The notes below the pieces were generated by a model. That model made no database searches and was not told where the DNA came from. It saw only the letters and a program-made list of their open reading frames with translations. A stretch of 64,000 nucleotides of DNA from Octopus vulgaris. Taxonomy: Eukaryota. The stretch covers positions 34,968,001 to 35,032,000 of the forward strand of contig OX597815.1 in the NCBI GenBank assembly GCA_951406725.2, in the 5' to 3' direction. The position numbers and the translations under genes are program-made. How positions within the stretch are numbered: position 1 is the stretch's first letter; each line of letters begins with the position of its first letter. Positions 13,886 to 26,422 of the stretch are shown here, one piece after another.

Positions 13886-14573
13886 CATACACATAAATAA
13901 TATATATGCGTGTGTGTGTGTGCGTGTGTGTAAGTATATATATACGTGCATATATATTTATATATATATATATATATATATGTATACACACACATAGATA
14001 TATATATATATCTATATAAAACGTACGTGTACATACACACACATAAATATCTATGCATGAATGTATACATAAGTAATATGTGTGTGTGTGTAAGTATATA
14101 TATATATATATATATATAAAACGTATATCTACATACATACATATATATGTGTATGTACACGTGTGTATGTATGAATGTATGTATGTATGTATGCATGCTT
14201 GTATTTATGTATGTATTATGTATGCACGTATTTATGTATGTATATATGTATGTGCGTGTGTATGTATGAAGTGATATGTATATATAGATAGATAACATAA
14301 GTAAATTAGGTGTCATTGAAGACGTATGTTAAGCCCGGAACATTCTGTTGCATTTAAGACCAAATCCCGTCCCATAAGCATTTTCTGTAATTTACCAACA
14401 GTCAACTAAGGGATTCCAATGAAGTTTCCTTCCTTCCTGTTCCGTTTTTACATTCTAGATACCCATTGAGGGAGTTAGTGATCACATGGATAATCTTGGT
14501 CCATCGAAGCTTTCCTGCCCACAGCATTACAAAAGTGTCACTTTTTGATATATTTTATGTAAAGTCAACTTAC

Positions 14574-14687
14574 AGTCATATCTTGTGATGTAGACAATAA
14601 TAGGTCGCCTTGGCATGCAATCTGCCACACTGGACCTCTGTGACTCAATAATATCCTTATTATGGTTCCATATTCAATATTCCATAT
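14574..14687 (-). CDS. Next exon (114 nt, phase 0 to phase 0) of the same WD40 gene
   Basis: Acceptor (tta)n-ttcAG (14689-14688) and donor ACT|GTaagt (14573-14572). Encodes IWNIEYGTIIRILLSHRGPVWQIACQGDLLLSTSQDMT, which completes the repeat left open by the upstream exon (DTTIR|IWN) with matching phase. Confidence 0.9.
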
Positions 14688-14869
<182 letters not shown>

Positions 14870-14880
14870 TTAATAATAAT

Positions 14881-15178
<298 letters not shown>

Positions 15179-15689
15179 TCTTATTCTTATTCTCCCCTCT
15201 GTAATTCATTCCTCGCTTCCTCTTCCTCTATCTCACTCCTTCCCCTCTCTCTGTGCCTCTCCCTCTCTGGAAAGCACAAATGTTTAGTTGCCACTAGAAC
15301 CATGCTGGCTGCTTGTTTATTTACAACCAAGTGAGTTCCACTCAAAACTCTGTATGCTATGGTCCTAATATAATACAAAAAATATATGACATGTCTCTGC
15401 AACTTTCAACTTATTCCCCGACGGAAGGTGCGCTGCAGTAGGCACCTTCTCTCGGTGGTGATGCGCCCGCCCTTCTCTCTAGCATCTTCCCTTATGTCCA
15501 ATTTCTACCTCAATTCCTGTTTATAACCATTCCTAAGCAGTCCTCCTGTTCTCGCTGTCGATTTGAATGGATTATACTGAACTTGCTGAATTAAATGTCA
15601 CCTTCCCCTTCCTAGTTGATCTTCCTTTCCTTTTCTTTTTATTTCTCTCGTTCTCTCTCTCTCTCTCTCAGCGCATATTTTCTAAAAAA

Positions 15690-16750
15690 AAAAGCAAAGC
15701 TAGCTAGGTTTGAGCAACGAAATAAGCAATACTGGCAAAATAAAATTGTTTAGAACCGACCCAAAAAGATTTTATCAAGAGATTAATGATGATAAAAAAC
15801 GTGGAAGATTAATCTCTGATGCTGATGGAAGTTTACTTTTCGGGAGTAAGATATGGAGTAAGTAAGAATAACATAATACTACAGCTGAATGGCTCTGTAG
15901 CCTGAAGTAATTGCCGTAAGTTGATCGCAGGGCAATTAAATGCATTGATCAATGGAGAAGAAGAAATCTCGAGATCGTTGAGAAAAGGACGAACAGTATT
16001 TTGTCTGAAGGATGCATAAAAGGGAAATGCTGCTGACAATTACAGACCAATTTCTTGCCTCCCATTAATATGGAAGTTATTGTAAAGAGGAATTACAGAA
16101 GAACAGTACAAATTTCTTGATGAGAATGATATATTACCGACGGAACAAAAAGGCTGTAGACGGAGATACGGAGGAACCAAAGATCAATTATTGATAGACA
16201 AAATGGTAATGCAAGATTATAAACGAAGGAGGGCACATTTGGGAATAGCCTGGATTGCCTATCGCAAAGCTTATGATATGATTCCACATTCGTGGATCAT
16301 CGAGTGCTTGGATATGTTTAGAATTGCAAGGAATGTAACGTGTTTCCTGAAGAGAAGTATGGTGGGGTGGAAAATTGAACTGACATCTTACGGAAAAAGC
16401 TTTATGATATGTATTTTATAAATTGATAATTGGGGTCTGTGGTGGTTGATTTTTATACTTTATAAAGTGAGATAAGCATCATTAAAATATTCTGTGTAAT
16501 TTGAATATTTTTATTAAACTAACGACTTTTATAAATGAAATTTATAAATAATATATAAATTTTATGATATGTATTTTATAAATTGATAATTGGGGTCTGT
16601 GGTGGTTGATTTTTATACGTGAATGTAACTCAGGATAAATAAAATAAGCTTGGGCACCCTGGGTATCAGAAGAGGGATTTTTCAGGGTGATAGCTTACGC
16701 CCATTGTTGTTTGTTCTCTGCATGACACCACTGACCTTGGTACTAGTAAT
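15690..16750 (+). mobile_element. R4/Dong-like reverse transcriptase relic
   Basis: [47 protein letters not shown] and RRGIFQGDSL.PLLFVLCM. Interrupted at 16403-16645. Confidence 0.88.
16403..16645. repeat. 243-bp insertion with ~58-bp internal direct repeat, flanked by aagctt duplication
   Basis: aagctt at 16397-16402 and 16646-16651, and the RT frame resumes after it. tttatgatatgtattttataaattgataattggggtctgtggtggttgatttttatac occurs twice. Confidence 0.75.
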
Positions 16751-16849
16751 TACAAACCAATCACTTGTTTACCATTAGTGTAGAAGCTGTTGACAAGAAT
16801 GCTCTCAGAAGGCCTTTATGAGCACTTTGACAGCAAGAATCTATTTCCA

Positions 16850-17200
16850 GAAAGGTTGCAGGAAGAACTCTAGAGGAAAACATGATACCTAATATGTAGA
16901 CAAAGCAGTTCTAAAAGAAGTATGGATAGATTTTTAAGAAAAATCTATGACAAAATTACACATTCAATATTGCAGACAGCATAAGAGTGTTAATAAGCTA
17001 TAGCATTAAAAAATGGAAAGTAGATCTTTACTTAAGGAAAGGTAATATCGAGAGAGAAATTTACCAGGGAGACTCGTTATTACCTTTAATATTTGTGCTA
17101 TATTTACGTTTAATCCGCCTCAATTTAGTATTAAGGAAGGCAAAAGCAGGATATCAGTTTAGAGATAGTGAAGGAACAATTAACAATTTGCTCTACAACA
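16850..17200 (+). mobile_element. Second R4/Dong-like RT relic
   Basis: YVDKAVLKEVWIDF and IEREIYQGDSLLPLIFVL..LRKAKAGYQF..INNLLY. Confidence 0.8.
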
Positions 17201-17812
17201 GAACCTTAATTCTCAGATTCTGGTCTCGTTTTCGTTCAATGCATCATTGCTAATCATAAATAACACTCGCAATAAAACGTCCATCTTGCTGTTACTTGAG
17301 GTGTCTAGATGAGACTTAGAATACATCGTATAAAACAAAGCAGCAATAACCTACATAATAACAACTTTAACAACTACAATGATGATGATGCTGCTGCTGT
17401 TGCTGATGATGATGATGATGAAGAGGAGGAGGAGGAGAAGGAGGAGGAGGATTCAGGAAAGATTAATCATTGATAAATTACGATTCAATTTCTATCAAGT
17501 AGGTAATATTTTTTTCTTATGTTTTTAAAATTAGAAAGTTTTGAATCAGTTTCATCATTTGTATTAGTCATTTTTTTTCTTTTTAATATTTTATCTGCAG
17601 AATTATTATTTCGTGTCTATATCGCATCATTCCACATTTTATGCAATGCTGCGCATTGTCTGTGTTGTTTCTCGAATCTTTGATATCACAACAGACGGCT
17701 AATAATACATAGACTATCTTGGTAACTCATGATTTCTAGTCATGGAAACGGGGGAATCTACGTTATTCCACATTTTGCCTTTGTATGTCACAAGTCTAGC
17801 TAAATCAACTAT

Positions 17813-18115
17813 GGCGTAGGAGTGGTTGTGTGGTAAGTAGCTTGTTTGCCAACCATATGTTTCCGGGTTCAATCCCGCAAGTGTCTTCTACTATAGCCTC
17901 GGGCCGACCAAAGCCTTGTGAGTGGATTTGGTAGACGGAAACTGAAAGAAGCCCATCGTATATATGTATATGTATATATGTATGTGAATATGTTTGTGTG
18001 TCTGTGTTTGTCCCCCCAATATCGCTTGACAAACGATGCTGGTGTGTTTACGTCCTGTAACTTAGCGGTTCGGCAAAAGAGACCGATAGAATAAGTACTA
18101 GGCTTACAAAGAATA
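17813..18115 (+). mobile_element. SINE family 1, 3'-truncated
   Basis: Head and body present with a short internal deletion. Ends at acaaagaata, where a fold-back begins. Confidence 0.9.
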
Positions 18116-18140
18116 GACCACCTAATCTGAGGGTGTAGAG

Positions 18141-18262
18141 TCTATATCCTGAGATTAGGTGGCCTATAGTTTCAATCTCATCGTTACAGAATCGGCATTT
18201 TGGGTCAGCTCCATTTTTTATCACATTGGCTTGGTAGTTCCGGGTTAATAAGCTTTGGTCTT
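18141..18262 (-). mobile_element. R4/Dong-like CCHC fragment
   Basis: QDQSLLTRNYQANVIKNGADPKCRFCNDEIETIGHLISG, with its 5' junction in (TAA)n. Confidence 0.85.
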
Positions 18263-18343
<81 letters not shown>

Positions 18344-18901
18344 CTGAGTGAGAGAGCAGTGCATGCCATCAAAGTGACACTGGAGTAAAATATACGAAGC
18401 CCAGTATACCCATCATGACTACCCGTCAGATAAGGATACACTAGGCACATGCATCACAACTATATGTGCGCGAAATGATGATCTCATATCAACATAAACA
18501 GCGCATGACCTTGAAGGTGGGGCCCAGTTAGAATTTTCTTCTGGTCGAGTAACCCATTACGCTCAAAAGGTCCCTGAATAAGGGTTGTTTAAGGATGTTG
18601 AACAAAACACCCATGTTTCCAGAGGTGAATTATTCAAACCCCAAACAATCCCTCTCAACATATGGCTATGATTCTCCCCCACTACTTCTGCTCGTGATCA
18701 GAGATGCACATATCATCAGCCACTAAGGGACACGCTCAACTGGTTAAGGTCAAACAACTGACAACCAAATCTCTGGTATTGAGCAGAATGTTTGCTGTAG
18801 CCCATCTTTTATACCAAGACAAAACAATGTACATAATAAAACTTCCACTCATTTAAGATCAGAAGCGATGAGAGCCACTCCGTGGTACTGCATCAGGGCA
18901 T
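18344..18901 (-). mobile_element. ~560-bp non-coding interspersed element embedded in trinucleotide arrays
   Basis: Complex non-coding sequence sharply bounded by (TTA)n/(GTA)n on one side and (CAT)n/(CAC)n on the other. Strand and mobility are inferred from memory of a similar high-copy octopus repeat. Confidence 0.55.
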
Positions 18902-18932
<31 letters not shown>

Positions 18933-19033
18933 CCACCACCACCACCACCACCACCATCATCACCATCATCATCATCATCATCATCATCATCATGATTATT
19001 ATTATTATTGTTGTTGTTATTATTATTATTATT

Positions 19034-19785
19034 CAGTAGTTTTATTTTTATTTTTTTAGCGTGCTTTCACTTCACTACCGAGCGCAGCTCTGTGTGCCTT
19101 GGGTATGTGCTGTGATTTGTTGTGATGCTCTGATGGTTATTGTATGGAAAGTGTTCTGCGTAGGATGTGTGCAGTGCCTAGTAGTGCAATTTTCTGTATG
19201 TTATATGTGTTTGTAAGTCCTGGTGTTTTTGTTATGTATTTGTCTGAATATTTTTTTATCATGCCTAATGCACCTACTATGATAGGAATTGTTTCTGTTT
19301 TCAGATTCCACATTCTAGTTACCTCTATTTCCAGGTCTTTGTATTTTGAGAGTTTCTCCATTTCTTTTAGAGACACGTTGTCATCTGCCGGTACTGATAC
19401 ATCAATTAGAAAGCATTTTTTTCTTCATGGTCTCTGACAACTATATCTGGTCTGTTGGCCTTAATTTCTCTATCTGTGTGTATCGGCATATCCCAGAGTA
19501 TGGTTGCTTTCTCGTTTTCTGTGACCTTTTCTGGTGTGTGCCTATACCATCTTTTTTCTGTTGTTATTCCATAATGTTGGCATAGCTTCCAATGTATGTA
19601 AGTTCCAACTCTGTCATGTCTGTGAATATATTCCTTCTTAGCCAGGACTGGGCAGCTAGAGATAATATGATTTATTGTTTCTTGTCCATCTCCACATATT
19701 CTGCAGTTACTTGTAATATTTCTTTTCATTACATGTTTTTGGTAATTTCTGGTGGGGAGGCTTTGGTCTTGTGCTGCAATTAAAA

Positions 19786-19786
<1 letters not shown>
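19034..19786 (-). mobile_element. Young 5'-truncated R4/Dong-like LINE (CCHC zinc knuckle + restriction-like endonuclease + 3' UTR)
   Basis: CRICGDGQETINHIISSC, RHD, RPDIVV and EKLSKYKDL..IPIIVGALG. One frameshift in an A-run near 19415. (TAA)n on both sides. Confidence 0.93.
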
Positions 19787-19857
<71 letters not shown>

Positions 19858-20057
19858 TTTTTATTATTACAGAATTGTAAAACTCAGAGCTGGATAGTCC
19901 CTAAAAAGCTTCAAGAGTAAATTTGTGAGATCGGAAATTGTAAATTATTAGGCTTCGAATATCAATGCTCAGATCATTTCGCTTAACTCAAACCCTTCAA
20001 GTTGGTGACCCAGCGTGGCCACAATCTAGTGACTGGAGCAAGTAAATTATAAAAGAC

Positions 20058-20127
<70 letters not shown>

Positions 20128-20145
20128 CCATCTATCTCCATGTAC

Positions 20146-20183
<38 letters not shown>

Positions 20184-20272
20184 ATACATACATATGGCCA
20201 CAATCTAATGACTGGAGCAAATAAATGATATAAGATCTATCTATCTATATCCATATATATATACATACATAC

Positions 20273-20340
<68 letters not shown>

Positions 20341-20426
20341 TTATATATACATATATATACATACATATGTACACACGCAAATATATACACACAGACATAT
20401 ATACGCAGGGAAAGAGAGAGAGGGAA

Positions 20427-20473
<47 letters not shown>

Positions 20474-20766
20474 AAGAGAGAGAGTGAATGAAAGAGAAAT
20501 GTATATCATCAGAACCGCTTTTGTGGAGTGCTAATTATTCATTGCCATGCATAATTAATGAATCTAATTGCTATATGGTGTTTTATATAATCTCCATCCT
20601 TGTAGAATTACAGCAATTTTGAAAATATAGTTAGTAGAGTTTCTGTAAATTATTTACAATTCGACAAAAATATTTTCATCTTTAGGAAAATTGATTCAAC
20701 TAAAGACGAAATACAGAATAAATTGATAAAGCTTCTTGTGTTCTACAATAAATGCATAATTGTAAT

Positions 20767-21060
20767 AAACAAAAGACGAAGGCAGGTGGAGTACAAACAA
20801 ACAATTGTATTAGTATGGCGCTCAGGAATAGAAATAAAACAAGTCTTTTACGTTTCGAGCCTACGCTCTTCAACAGAAAGATACACAGAAAAGAAACACG
20901 GATAGAAACAAGGAGAGAAAAAAAATGCGTGCAGGAGCTAACGATTCAATATTGGCGGTCTGATTTCGGCCAGAAGTCAGAGATCAGACGTTAGACGCAA
21001 GAGGGATAGTAGGGGAGATAACAGGGTCAAATGACCTCGCCCCAACATAAGGGTGCGTGT
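20767..21060 (-). mobile_element. Non-coding hammerhead-bearing repeat (probable Penelope-derived non-autonomous element)
   Basis: Minus strand 20881-20844 reads tcttt-CTGTTGA-A-GAGC-gtag-GCTC-GAAA-CG-TA-aaaga. Near-identical to 51301-51476 and 22669-22860. Confidence 0.8.
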
Positions 21061-21164
21061 GTGTATGAGTGAGTATGTATGTACGCATGAAAGGTCTGGA
21101 CGTGTGTATGTATGTATGATGTGATGTGTAATGTCGTATGGTGTAGTGTAGTGTAGTGTGGTGT

Positions 21165-21520
21165 GATGTGGGGAGGTGGGGAAAGCCCATGTGGGGTATA
21201 GGTTCGGCTGGGGGTTGGGGTAGAGTGGGGGTTGTGGGGAGAGTGAAAGGGGGGAGAAGAGAGAGGAGTGGAGGAGGAAAGAGAGATGAGGGGGAGGGGA
21301 GAGAGGAGATGAGGGGGAGAGGGAGAGAGGGGAGGAGGAGGGAGGAGAGATGAGGGGGAGGAGAGAGATGAGATGAGATGAGGGGGTGAGGGGGGAGAAG
21401 GAAGGAAAGGAGAGGGAAGGGGGAGGGGGGAGGGGGGAGAAGGAAGGAAAGGAGAGGGAAGGGGGGAGAAGGAAGGAGAGGAGAAGAGGAGGGGGATGGA
21501 AAAGGAGGGGAGAGGAGAGT
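21165..21520 (+). repeat. G-rich / polypurine low-complexity tract
   Basis: Many G4-G7 runs and an almost pure A/G strand from ~21236. Confidence 0.9.
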
Positions 21521-21604
21521 ACATACATACGTACGTACGTACGTACGTATGTATGTATGTATGTATGTATGTATGTATGTATGTATGTATGTACGTATGC
21601 ATGT

Positions 21605-21740
21605 CTCTATTGGACAATGAAACATACCTGCATAGTATTTTTGGTGTGGCAAATATAATTTAGTTCTGTTAATTAGATATTTTTAGTAACACATTCTCTA
21701 ATCAACTGTCATCGGGTAACTTTTTCAATAATAACTCCGA
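21605..21740 (-). mobile_element. Penelope-like GIY-YIG relic
   Basis: RECVTKNI*...KYYAGM resembles C.TKNVIY...YIG. Confidence 0.45.
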
Positions 21741-21779
21741 CCTTATTGACGGCTCGGGTACTCCAGTATTATTATTACA

Positions 21780-22574
21780 AGCGAAATCATGAAATTGTAT
21801 TGCTGTTTAAGCAATGTTCCAAAATAATACAGTAATACTTGTAAGTAATGCTTTGAATTAAAATATAAAAAACCAATAGGGGTATATATGTAATTCTGGA
21901 AATCATCACATCCAGGGAAAATGTGATTAAGAGACACTCTGAAGTGATCATCATTTGAAAAAAAAACTGTTCGAATAACATCAACCGCCCTTAACAAGGA
22001 AAGAACACAAACAAATAAACCAAGCAACGTTTAGGATGCTATACACTATACCACTGTACCACCAGAAATAATTAAACGTCATCCTAAGAAAGTATCATTT
22101 ATCAATTCAGACAATGAACTCCAACAGCTGATGGCTGTAGTGGCTGTACCTGCTGACCTGGTCACATCAGAATTTATTGAAAGTAGTCATGCTTTAAATG
22201 ACATCTGCAAACTGAATAGTAAAATAAGTCCAACGTCACCACACACACCATCATCCCCATATACCTAGCATTCTTCCCTCTCTTTCCATTACCTTCCCCT
22301 TCTCCCCAGCAAATACATGCGGAAATATCCACATAACTCAATCAACCTTCTCACTGGTCAAAAGGGATAAACAATCCTCTGTTGTACACCCATTAATGTT
22401 ATATCGCCTGAAGAAATGAATCCACGAAGATGATCAACCCAGTGCCCATGGATACAACAGACTACACTGTAATCATTCCAGGAATATGGACTGTAATCTT
22501 AAGAGACATGTAATTTGTGGAAACGCGCGTAGCGATGCATTAAATGTTTACAAATTCCATCCTGGGATTATTTT

Positions 22575-22578
<4 letters not shown>
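21780..22578 (+). mobile_element. Penelope-like relic (RT C-terminus + 3' region with hammerhead), followed by (AAT)n
   Basis: KYKKPIGVYM*FWKSSHP resembles Y.KPT....L...S.HP. Hammerhead at 22393-22543. Confidence 0.6.
22393..22543 (+). ncRNA. Type I hammerhead ribozyme motif with long stem-loop II (stem II base damaged)
   Basis: ttaatgt-tat-atcgc CTGAAGA ... GAAA CGCGCG TA gcgat-gcattaa. Bulged 12-bp stem I, intact core boxes and palindromic loop III. Confidence 0.65.
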
Positions 22579-22635
<57 letters not shown>

Positions 22636-22668
22636 TAATACATATATATGCATGTATACATACATATA

Positions 22669-22860
22669 ACGGGAAAGTTTACGAAAATAAACAAAAGACG
22701 AAGGCAGGTGGAGTACAAAGAAACAAATGTATTAGTATAGCGCTCAGGAATAGAAATAGAAAAAGTATTTTACGTTTCGAGCCTACGCTCTTCGACAGAA
22801 AGATACTCAGAAAAAAACAAGGAGAGAAAAAAATGCGTGTAGAAGCTAACGATCTATCAT
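22669..22860 (-). mobile_element. Non-coding hammerhead-bearing repeat
   Basis: Minus strand gtatcttt-CTGTCGA-A-GAGC-gtag-GCTC-GAAA-CG-TA-aaatac (22806-22765). Confidence 0.8.
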
Positions 22861-22879
22861 TTATATACACATGCATATA

Positions 22880-23056
22880 TGCGTATAGGACGTCATAGAA
22901 CGTAAACAACATGAAATACGGAATACGAAAACATGGAATACGAACTTTTTTAGTGAACAACGAAAGGAACAAATGGAAAACAAGACAAACAAAATAAAGA
23001 ACGACCATTCCTTAGTTGTCGGCTGTTTCATCTACTCAACATTTCAAGCTTCTGCA
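22880..23056 (-). repeat. Interspersed repeat, homologous to 42395-42556 (+)
   Basis: Reverse complement aligns with gagtagatggacggccgtcaactgatgaagg...gttttccatttgttt...tgacgtcct. Confidence 0.7.
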
Positions 23057-23292
23057 ACAACACACACACACACACACACACAGTGAAACATTGATATATA
23101 TAATAAATATGCAGACAGAAACACTAATGTATCTCTGCATGTATAGTCATTTCATATTTATATACATACGTATCCCAGCTGATAAAAATGGTTGCGTAAC
23201 TTCTGTTCTTAGTCATTCGTTAATCGATATATGTGTGTGCACGTGTATATACACATATACATATATATGTTTATATATACTATATGTGTGTG

Positions 23293-23325
<33 letters not shown>

Positions 23326-23329
23326 TATA

Positions 23330-23453
23330 TGATGTAATCTCCAGGGATACAGGCATCCAGCAACAGGACCTCCGTAATGCCATGATGGACCGTAAAGTCT
23401 GGCGTAGCATGGTAAATTCCATTGTCTCGACCACGGTCGTACAATGATGATGA
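23330..23453 (+). mobile_element. RTE-clade LINE 3' end
   Basis: DVISRDTGIQQQDLRNAMMDRKVWRSMV...*, then a (TGA)n tail. Confidence 0.75.
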
Positions 23454-23464
23454 TATATATATAT

Positions 23465-23509
<45 letters not shown>

Positions 23510-24009
23510 CAGAGAGAGACAGACAGACAGACAGACAGAGAGAGAGAGAGACAGAGAGACAGACAGACAGACATACAGAGACAGAGAGAGACAGATAGCT
23601 AGATGTGATACAGATTTGTGTTTGTACATTGATATATGTTGTGACAATACAGCGAACTCGTGCTTTCAGTGAGAACACAATCTACAAAGTAATTAATTTA
23701 TGTTCACGATAAATATTAGTTTATTCTATAGATGACAGTGTACATAGAACGATAGATAGATCAATCTGATATTGGTCATGTCTTGTTGCTGCAACACATA
23801 TCGAAATGGCAGCGAGACTGTAAGACCAGACGCTGTAATAATCACTGGATGTAAGGGTTGTAAGCGTCGCTGGTTGTAAAAGCTTCTAGTCAGAAGACAG
23901 TCGATGATTTAAGGACTGCAAACTTTTGGACTGCAAAGACCATCTGGTCTGTTACCGCTTACAGTGATTAAGTAATCCTACTGATATAGCGGTATGCTAA
24001 ACATTTCGA

Positions 24010-24215
24010 AGGCGCGTAGCCTAGTGGTTAGGGTTTTGCACTCTCGATTGCGTGATCGTGAGTTCGATTCTCTGACAGGCTCGTGCATTGTGTTCATGAG
24101 CAAAACGTTTCATCTTGCGTTGCTCTGCGATCACTCCGACATATGACGTGCGGTACACTGTGCACCTGCACAGTGAGCTAATGTGCGGTACAAACACCTG
24201 ATCACCAGAAACAAA
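24010..24215 (+). mobile_element. tRNA-derived SINE (family 3-like head, different tail)
   Basis: ggcgcgtagcctagtggttaggg...gagttcgattc...tgtgttcatgagcaaaac. Confidence 0.75.
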
Positions 24216-26139
24216 TCAAGTAAATCTGTCAGAATAAGGTTAAGAGAGTTATTACCTCTTGTGATTCATTTGAGAACGGCTTCTAAACCATACCATTCGG
24301 TTAGTTGTTGGGCGCAATGGTCGGTAATATTTGTTCTTCAGCTAATATATCAGTTTTGATAGTGGACGTTGAAGGCACCATCATCTACTCTGGATTCGCC
24401 ACCAAACACACTAATCTTCATGAAAGTACTTGAACTCAATACATTCGAGTATTTTCGCATCAGAGCTGAATGGTCTCAAAAACGCCCCAAGAGTAAATTT
24501 GTGAGAACGGTCAAACAATAATGAATTATTGATCGCTGTTGTTTAGCTGAGTTGAGTACTTGTATTTATTATTACTATGTTCAATTGGGGTGACTTGTTG
24601 CGGCAGCAGGGGGTAAATTTGAAGGTGATGTGAGGTAAGGTTCTTCATAGTTTCAGTTATTGGCTATCTACGAATACCTAAATTGGGATCGTTTACTAAA
24701 GAATTATTTATACTAACTTCTACAGGGTGTTAATTAGTATCAATACCAGCTCATTCTCAATTGAGGCCTATGACCATAAGCGTTCCAGCCATGATCAATT
24801 CGTCTTTTTTGTCTATTTATGAGTACATTGTTGAATATGTTTTCCTTTTTTACAATAATAGAAATATTAAAATTACTAAGTCTCTCTAAAAGAGATTACG
24901 GCAGCGTTACTGGAAATTAATTGTTATCGCCATATTAATATGGCAGTCTTATAGATATAAGACTAAAAGCTGTCGCTGATTAGCTCCATGAGGCCATCGC
25001 CTTAAGATAGCTATTTGACACACAAACTCTGTCCATTATAACCTTCGAACAAGGGAGGTCAGCCGCTTCACACTGCCAGTCAGACAGCTACAGACGCGTT
25101 TCAGGGTATTTGCTGAAGATTTGGCTGCTATTTCTCGCAGATAGAACGATCACGTACAGGCCACTTCGGTTGGCACATTAATTAGGATGTTGTTGTTACT
25201 GCTATTGTTGACTGTCTGAATGAAATAAAGTCAGATTAGTCATTAACGCTGTTGTTTTCTTTATGATTACCATTATTTCGAGTTTCTCCACGTGTTTACG
25301 AACTACGTAATACCATCTGCTGATTTCTTTAATTTTGTTTTCAATTTATCTCGAACGCTGTCATAAGAGATAGACGAATTTCCCGATAATCGTGTTGCAG
25401 ATATTAGCATCAATTTCATTGTGTTTGTTTAAGTTGAACCAATTGTTCATAAGAGTATTGACATTATATTCTGCCCAGTTTCGTTTGGTTCTGGCAGTAT
25501 CATTGTTACTAGCCATATTGCGAGTTAAGGAGCGGCAGTATTACATTTATGTTATAAATGTATAATTAATTTTTTATTCAGTTTGATATTTTTATCGTTT
25601 TATTATTCTTCATTTTAAGGAGAGCTTATTGTTATGGTTTCACTGTTTTCTTAGTACGTTGGATATTATGCGTAGCGGTAGTCTGGCGTATAGTTAATAA
25701 ATTGCACGGTTAACGATAGATGTATAGTTACTAATAATTATTGAGCAAGTAAAAACATTATATATGTAAGTTAAGAAGGAGAGTTGGCCATTTATGTAAT
25801 GTTTGGATATAGTTATTGTAGAGATAGATATTTATGCACTTTAAAATATGATCGAAGAGTTGAGCAAGAACAAAAAAAAAATAATAAATAAATAATAAAC
25901 AACTTAGCTTTCTGCTTCTAGTCCACGACTTAACACAAATCAGTCTTCATCGATTGTTTCAAACAGATTAAAGGAAATCTTACTGAAAAATTGAATGTTT
26001 CTGCATTCGAAACCTTAACAACAACTGATAAACCATAGGATGAAATATGTGCATATCATGAAATATTAACACATTTTAAAACTATACTCAGGTGGTAGAG
26101 TCAATCAGCACGACCGCAGAAATAATAGCTTTGTCAAGC

Positions 26140-26335
26140 AAACGGAGGACCTATTTGTAGTCGTCTAACCTGGAAGGAATAGAAGCCAAATATTCACAAA
26201 TCACACTCATTTGTCTTTAAAAAAAGAGAAGAACCATTGGATAAGGTAGTCCTTAATAATGGTCACATCTGGAGCGGTTTCAATCATGAGTCAAATATGT
26301 CAGGACTGACTTGAAGTTAGATAACAGCAACAATA
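26140..26335 (-). mobile_element. Old interspersed repeat family 4 (other copies ~24745-24860+, 25115-25175+, 35320-35460-, 59333-59525+, 59860-60015-)
   Basis: Shared degenerate blocks tgtgatt..gatttggctgctatttct.gcag and gttgttgtttagc..cctg..caagcagacc.atga. Confidence 0.55.
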
Positions 26336-26422
26336 ATTAAAATTTATGGTATCAACTTGAGAAGAATAGAAGGAAAAGGATAAATCAAGAAGTCTGTGAT
26401 AGAAATAATTAGTTATATAAGT

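Noticed and set aside
10936-14316. Numerous 60-240 aa ORFs rich in YI/CV/HT/MYVC (also 29300-30200, 37300-37660, 41600-42330, 52100-56600)
   Set aside because: These are translations of (TA)n, (TG)n and (CATA)n microsatellites, which lack stops in several frames.
16401-16482. NUMT (frame open under the invertebrate mitochondrial code)
   Set aside because: Too short and AT-rich to be diagnostic. Kept only as an alternative for the insertion.
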